From assembly GCF_006345805.1 (NCBI RefSeq), contig NW_021826765.1:1-12053 (forward strand): a stretch of DNA of 12,053 nucleotides. The letters run 5' to 3'. Source of the DNA: Octopus sinensis (Eukaryota). The notes beneath the pieces are model-generated. The model searched no databases. It was not told the origin of the DNA and saw only the letters and a list, made by a program, of their open reading frames with translations. Each line of letters begins with the position of its first letter. Position 1 is the stretch's first letter. Both the position numbers and the translations under genes were made by a program. This document shows, in pieces, positions 7,325 to 12,053 of the stretch.

Positions 7325-7583
7325 AGAGGCCACAAAATGTGCCTACTTGCTGGAAAGAGAAGCTAAATCCTCAAGCTAAATCCAACAAAAATGGGCCACA
7401 ACTCGAAATCCTGATCCAAATATATCCAATTCTACATTCCACAGCTCTGTTCTGTTATGATTCTCATAATCATTACTCACTTGCCCGATTTCTGTTTGAC
7501 AGTTGGATATTTCAGTGTAATTCGGTGGTTTACTTAAGGATTTGGCTTCTCTTTCTAGCAAGCAGGCACATTGTGTGCCCTCT
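7325..7583. mobile_element. MITE-like element with 51-bp inverted ends
   Basis: 7325-7375 and the reverse complement of 7533-7583 match at 45/51 positions. No clear target-site duplication. Confidence 0.6.
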
Positions 7584-7651
7584 ATTGTAATTAGAGTTTA
7601 TTATGACTATTATTATAAATTTTATATATATATATCTGTATGTATGTCTGT

Positions 7652-8000
7652 GAAGGCGCATGGCTCAGTGATTTGAGCGTAGAGCTTACGATTGTAAGGT
7701 TGTCAGTTCGATTTCCGGACCAAGCTGTGTGTTGTGTTCTTGAGCAAGACACTTTATTTCACGTTGCTCCAGTTCACTCAGCTGTAGAAATGTGTTGCGA
7801 TATCATTGCTACTAAGCCGTATCGGCCCCTTTGCCTTTCCCTTGGATGACATCAGTGATGGGGAGAGAGGAGGCTGGTATGCATGAGCTACTGCTGGCCT
7901 TACACAGAACAACCTTGTCCGGACTTGTGCCTCGGAAGGGAATTTTCTAGGTGCAATCCCATGGTCATTCATGACCAAAGGGGGTCTCCTCCTCCTCCTC
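7652..8000 (+). mobile_element. Family C tRNA-derived SINE with CORE-like central domain (resembles octopus OR-type SINEs, from memory)
   Basis: A-box TGGCTCAGTG, B-box AGTTCGATTTCC, then TGTGTTCTTGAGCAAGACACTTTATTTCACGTTGCTCCAGTTCACTCAGCTGTAGAAATG and a (CTC)n tail. Possible degenerate TSD TATGTATGTCTGT / TATGAATGTTTGT. Confidence 0.82.
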
Positions 8001-8034
8001 ATATATGAATGTTTGTACTTGTACCTGTCTCAAT

Positions 8035-8060
8035 CACTCTCTCTTCCTTTCTCTCTCTCT

Positions 8061-8126
<66 letters not shown>

Positions 8127-8340
8127 TAAATATATATGTGTGTGTGTGTGTGTGTGTGAGTGTTTGTGTGCGCGTGTATAATTGATGAAGGAAACGGAAG
8201 ATAGATTTGGCAGCCCATAAGGTGAACGTGCTTTGCTTCACTCCCTAAATGATACATAGGCATTAGTCCAAAAGATTACATATACATATGCATGTGTGTA
8301 TGTGTGTGTGGTGTGTGTGGTGTGTGTGTGTGTGTGTGTC
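8035..8340. repeat. (CT)n-(TATC)n-(TA)n-(GT)n compound microsatellite (8035-8178) and second (GT)n tract (8294-8339)
   Basis: Directly visible. Confidence 0.88.
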
Positions 8341-8683
8341 GCTAACGTCAATAGATAAGAACAGGTTACTCTTCGGAATCTGAATTAAGGAATTAATGTA
8401 ACCTTAGTTAACTCTGAGTCGGCATTGTCACGTGCAGAACATCTTGGCTGTTTGAACCGCTTCCATTAAATGCACTTAATAACTATTACAAACCACATTG
8501 CTTCATTTCCTGTTTGTTTTCAAAACAGAGAGATATTATGTGTTGAAACTACTGCAACCCTTAATATACTGTCGTAAACAAAGGGCTACTCAATATTTAT
8601 ACACTTTTGGCCATAGGTATTTTTGCAATCATGGCTTGTCTAGAACTCACAAATACTTAATCTTTCATTTAATAATGTGATTT

Positions 8684-8845
8684 AAGGCGGCGAGCTGGCA
8701 GAAACGTTAGCATGCCGGGCGTTTTGCTTTGCGGTATTTCGTCTGTCTTTATGTTCTGAGTTCAAATTCCGCTGTGGTCGACTTTGCCTTTCATCTTTTC
8801 GAGGGGTCGATAAACATTTCGGGCCTTGTGCCTAGAGTAGAAGAG
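8684..8845 (+). mobile_element. Shortened family B SINE with alternative tail and 10-bp target-site duplication
   Basis: Head and central domain as in 10582-10700, then ATTTCGGGCCTTGTGCCTAGAGTAGAAG. AATGTGATTT flanks it at 8674-8683 and 8846-8855. Confidence 0.85.
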
Positions 8846-9007
8846 AATGTGATTTCTCAGCGGTCTTTTGTGTTGGTGTCAGAAAAGTTAATGATTTAAT
8901 CCATACACACGGATATCTTCTATAGAAATCATAGGCAGAAATTATGACGCAAGATTCTAATTTAATAAATGGATAGTCATTTAATATATTACTTCAAGAT
9001 TTCTCTG

Positions 9008-9166
9008 TACATACACACACGTAAATACACACATGCGTATATATATATATACATATACTCACATACATATACTTGTATATATATATGTGTCTGTGCGTTG
9101 TATATATACAACACATATATGTATATGTATACACAGATACATATGCATATATATGTATGTGTGTAT

Positions 9167-9223
<57 letters not shown>

Positions 9224-9326
9224 GCTTAGATAGATAGATAGAGGGAGCTATAAAGATATAGAAATATGAGAGAATACAAACTATACACACAGACAAATAT
9301 ATATAATTTATATATGCATATATGCG

Positions 9327-9357
<31 letters not shown>

Positions 9358-9560
9358 GCCTGCGAGTGTGTGTGCGTGTGAGTATATGTATATATACATA
9401 CACACATATAAGAGAAACCGTGAGAGTATAAGACAGGCAAATCGATATAAGAAATTATGATGTTCTAATTATGTAGACAATATATATTTCTCTGTGCATA
9501 ATATATATATATATATAATAATATATATATATATATATATATGCATATATATATACATAC
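9008..9560. repeat. Degenerate (TA)n/(CA)n/(TG)n microsatellite field
   Basis: Directly visible. Confidence 0.9.
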
Positions 9561-10307
9561 AGCGCCGCAGTTTCGCAGCTTTCAAATACTTAAAACGCAA
9601 TATTCATTAGCGGAATGAAAATGTCAAAAGAGCCGGGCTTAATTCGTTGAAATTTGCTTGAGAACGCCTTTCCTCCTTTCCCGAAAGTATATTAACTGAA
9701 CAGCAAACAATGGCTGAGGATTGTGTTTGTGACACTTCTATGAACGATTCGTTAAGAATCAATACAAACTTTCCCCCCGGATTAGTGGGTTCTGCGAACT
9801 TAATATCATCGACTGAACTTGGCGAAAACAAGCTAAAGTAACTGGCTTCAAGACAAAGCACGCTTGAACATTTTGCTACAGAGACAACATGGCTTCTCAG
9901 TAAACTATCTGAAAGTGGGATTAAATTTCTCGTCTACCTTCGGCCATTTGTACACGCTGAGATGAAACGGAGTGTTTTATAAAGATTGTTGACTCCGCGA
10001 CAAGTAATGATGAATCGCGTAAATATCTACTTAAGCAAATAATGAACGGATACAAGACACTGTAAATATTAAGAGAAAGGTTATTCTGATCAAAGCTAGG
10101 TCCTGCTTACATCTAAGAACTTAAATTAATATTTACTCTGGCTACCAAGAGTGTCGTGCTAATCGAAAGGTCCGCTCGATTAGCCGTTTGTCACTTCAAA
10201 CGTCTAACATTTGCATTTCTGGATTAGAAGTTCTTTATCATTTTCACTGGATTAATATGTTAGTTTTAATCATTTTGCAGAATGTCTTTGCTAAACCTCA
10301 CCCGTTC

Positions 10308-10314
10308 GCTCTCT

Positions 10315-10364
<50 letters not shown>

Positions 10365-10374
10365 CTCTCTCTCT

Positions 10375-10411
<37 letters not shown>

Positions 10412-10440
10412 ATATACACTTACCTACTTATCTATCTACC
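10308..10440. repeat. (CT)n polypyrimidine tract followed by (TA)n
   Basis: About 80 bp of C/T only, then a TA run. Confidence 0.92.
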
Positions 10441-10511
10441 TATTCGTTCCTTCTTATTCTCTATTTTTGATTTAACGTTGAGCTACCAACCAGCGTTAAA
10501 GAGAATTGCTT

Positions 10512-10554
10512 TGTTGTTGATGATGATAATAATAATGATGATGATGATGATGAT
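10512..10554. repeat. (GTT)/(GAT)/(AAT) compound trinucleotide repeat
   Basis: TTGTTGTTGATGATGATAATAATAATGATGATGATGATGAT. Confidence 0.85.
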
Positions 10555-10581
10555 CCCTGAAGGTATTCAAGAATAAAATGG

Positions 10582-10810
10582 GGCGAGCTGGCAGAAACGT
10601 TAGCACGCCGAGCGAAATGCGTAACCGTATTTCCTCTGGCGTTACGTTCTGAGTTCAAATTCCGCCGAGGTCGACTTTGCCTTTCATCCTTTCGGGGTCG
10701 ATTCACACTGGGGTCGATGTAATCTACTTAATCCGTTTGTCTGTCCTTGTTTGTCCCCTCTGTGTTTGGCCCCTTGTGGGTAGTAAAGAAATAGGTATTC
10801 ATCTGTCGTC
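10582..10810 (+). mobile_element. Family B tRNA-derived SINE with small internal deletion
   Basis: GGCGAGCTGGCAGAAACGTTAG head, GAGTTCAAATTCC B box, central domain, tail CCCCTTGTGGGTAGTAAAGAAATAGGTATT. Lacks the AAATTAAGTACCAG segment present in other copies. Confidence 0.9.
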
Positions 10811-11384
10811 CTCGACATAGAAAACAATACAAACGTCCTGCAGGCACAGAAACTGTAAAAGCAAAACTAGTTGGGTCAAGGCTCGGAGTTGTAGGTAACA
10901 TTTGAAATCCCACCAACTGTGCAATGGGAAGATCCTGCCTTTCACATAAAACTTTTAAAAATTATTTATGTGTGTGTAACTGAGTGGTAATATACCCACA
11001 CATATATATTATATACATACGTATGTATATATGTAAGTATGCATATATGAGTGTTTGTGTGTGTGCATTTATACATCTGTCTAGCTATCTATACATGCAT
11101 ACGTATATAACAAATACATTTGGACACTAAAATTTATCTTTAAATAGGTGTGTTAGTGTTTGGGAATGGAATATGAGTGTCGCCATCAGTGCAAGATTTA
11201 AGCCACAATAATAGATATTTTAGCAGACAGAGGCTATATCAAATATCACAATAACATTTTTTATCTCTTATTATTTCGATCGTCTTGGTTATTCCATCAC
11301 AATTTAGTGAGATAATAGTTAACGTTAGTTTCAAAAAAATTGTGAGTATGTGCAGTGTTTTACTCAATTATAGCTTTTATCTTA

Positions 11385-11457
11385 ATATACACACATCCCA
11401 AACACATATACATACATACATATATATATATATATGTATATATATATGTGTATATAC

Positions 11458-11489
<32 letters not shown>

Positions 11490-11766
11490 ACACAATAATA
11501 TATACATATATATATATATGTGTGTGTGTGTCTATATCTATGTTTCTTTCTCTCACTTTCTCTCTCTCTCTCTATATATTATATATATGTATATATGTAT
11601 ATATATATACACACATATATATGCATATATATATAAATATATAATTATATTATATATAAATATATAGCTATAAATAAATATATATATATATATATAGGTA
11701 TATGTAAATTTATACATATAATTTAAGTAAATATATATGAATATATGTAAATAAACAATAATAATA

Positions 11767-11810
<44 letters not shown>

Positions 11811-11830
11811 TGTGTATGTATATGTTTATA
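11385..11830. repeat. Degenerate (TA)n/(CA)n/(CT)n/(GT)n microsatellite field
   Basis: Directly visible; a smaller similar tract lies at about 10968-11110. Confidence 0.9.
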
Positions 11831-11990
11831 GGTGCAGGAGTAGCTGTGTAGTAAGTAGCTTGCTTCCCAACCACAAAGATCGGGTTCAGTCCCACTGCGT
11901 GATACATTGGGCAAGTGTCTTTTACTATAGCCTTGGACTGACCAAAGCCTTGTGAGTGGATTGGTAGACGGAACCGAAAGAACCTCGTCG

Positions 11991-12052
<62 letters not shown>

Positions 12053-12053
12053 G
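11831..12053 (+). mobile_element. Family A SINE, 5' half and expanded internal (TA)n(GT)n, running off the window
   Basis: GGTGCAGGAGTAGCTGTGTAGTAAGTAGCTTGC...GGGTTCAGTCCC...TTGGGCAAGTGTC...GTGAGTGGATTGGTAGACGG. Confidence 0.9.

Noticed and set aside
1-12053. CRISPR array or prokaryotic system
   Set aside because: No regularly spaced repeat-spacer array or gene-dense organisation; the content is eukaryotic repeats.

Overview
Repeat-dense, AT-rich eukaryotic intronic/intergenic DNA. The SINE families look like those I recall from octopus (coleoid cephalopod) genomes; this assignment is from recognition, not a search. No protein-coding gene is supportable, and nearly all listed ORFs are translations of microsatellites or SINEs. 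The window holds three tRNA-derived SINE families (called A, B, C here) and many (TA)n/(CA)n/(CT)n/(AAT)n tracts. The most notable structures are: (1) a ~525-bp inverted duplication (270-794 / 5264-5792); (2) inside it, a 3564-5261 mosaic with Penelope/retrozyme-like traits, namely an 848-bp unit bounded by 84-bp direct repeats, a ~42-bp inverted pair, and two minimal hammerhead-ribozyme-like motifs with variant cores on opposite strands; (3) a tail-to-tail inverted SINE pair; (4) a 259-bp MITE-like element with 51-bp inverted ends.
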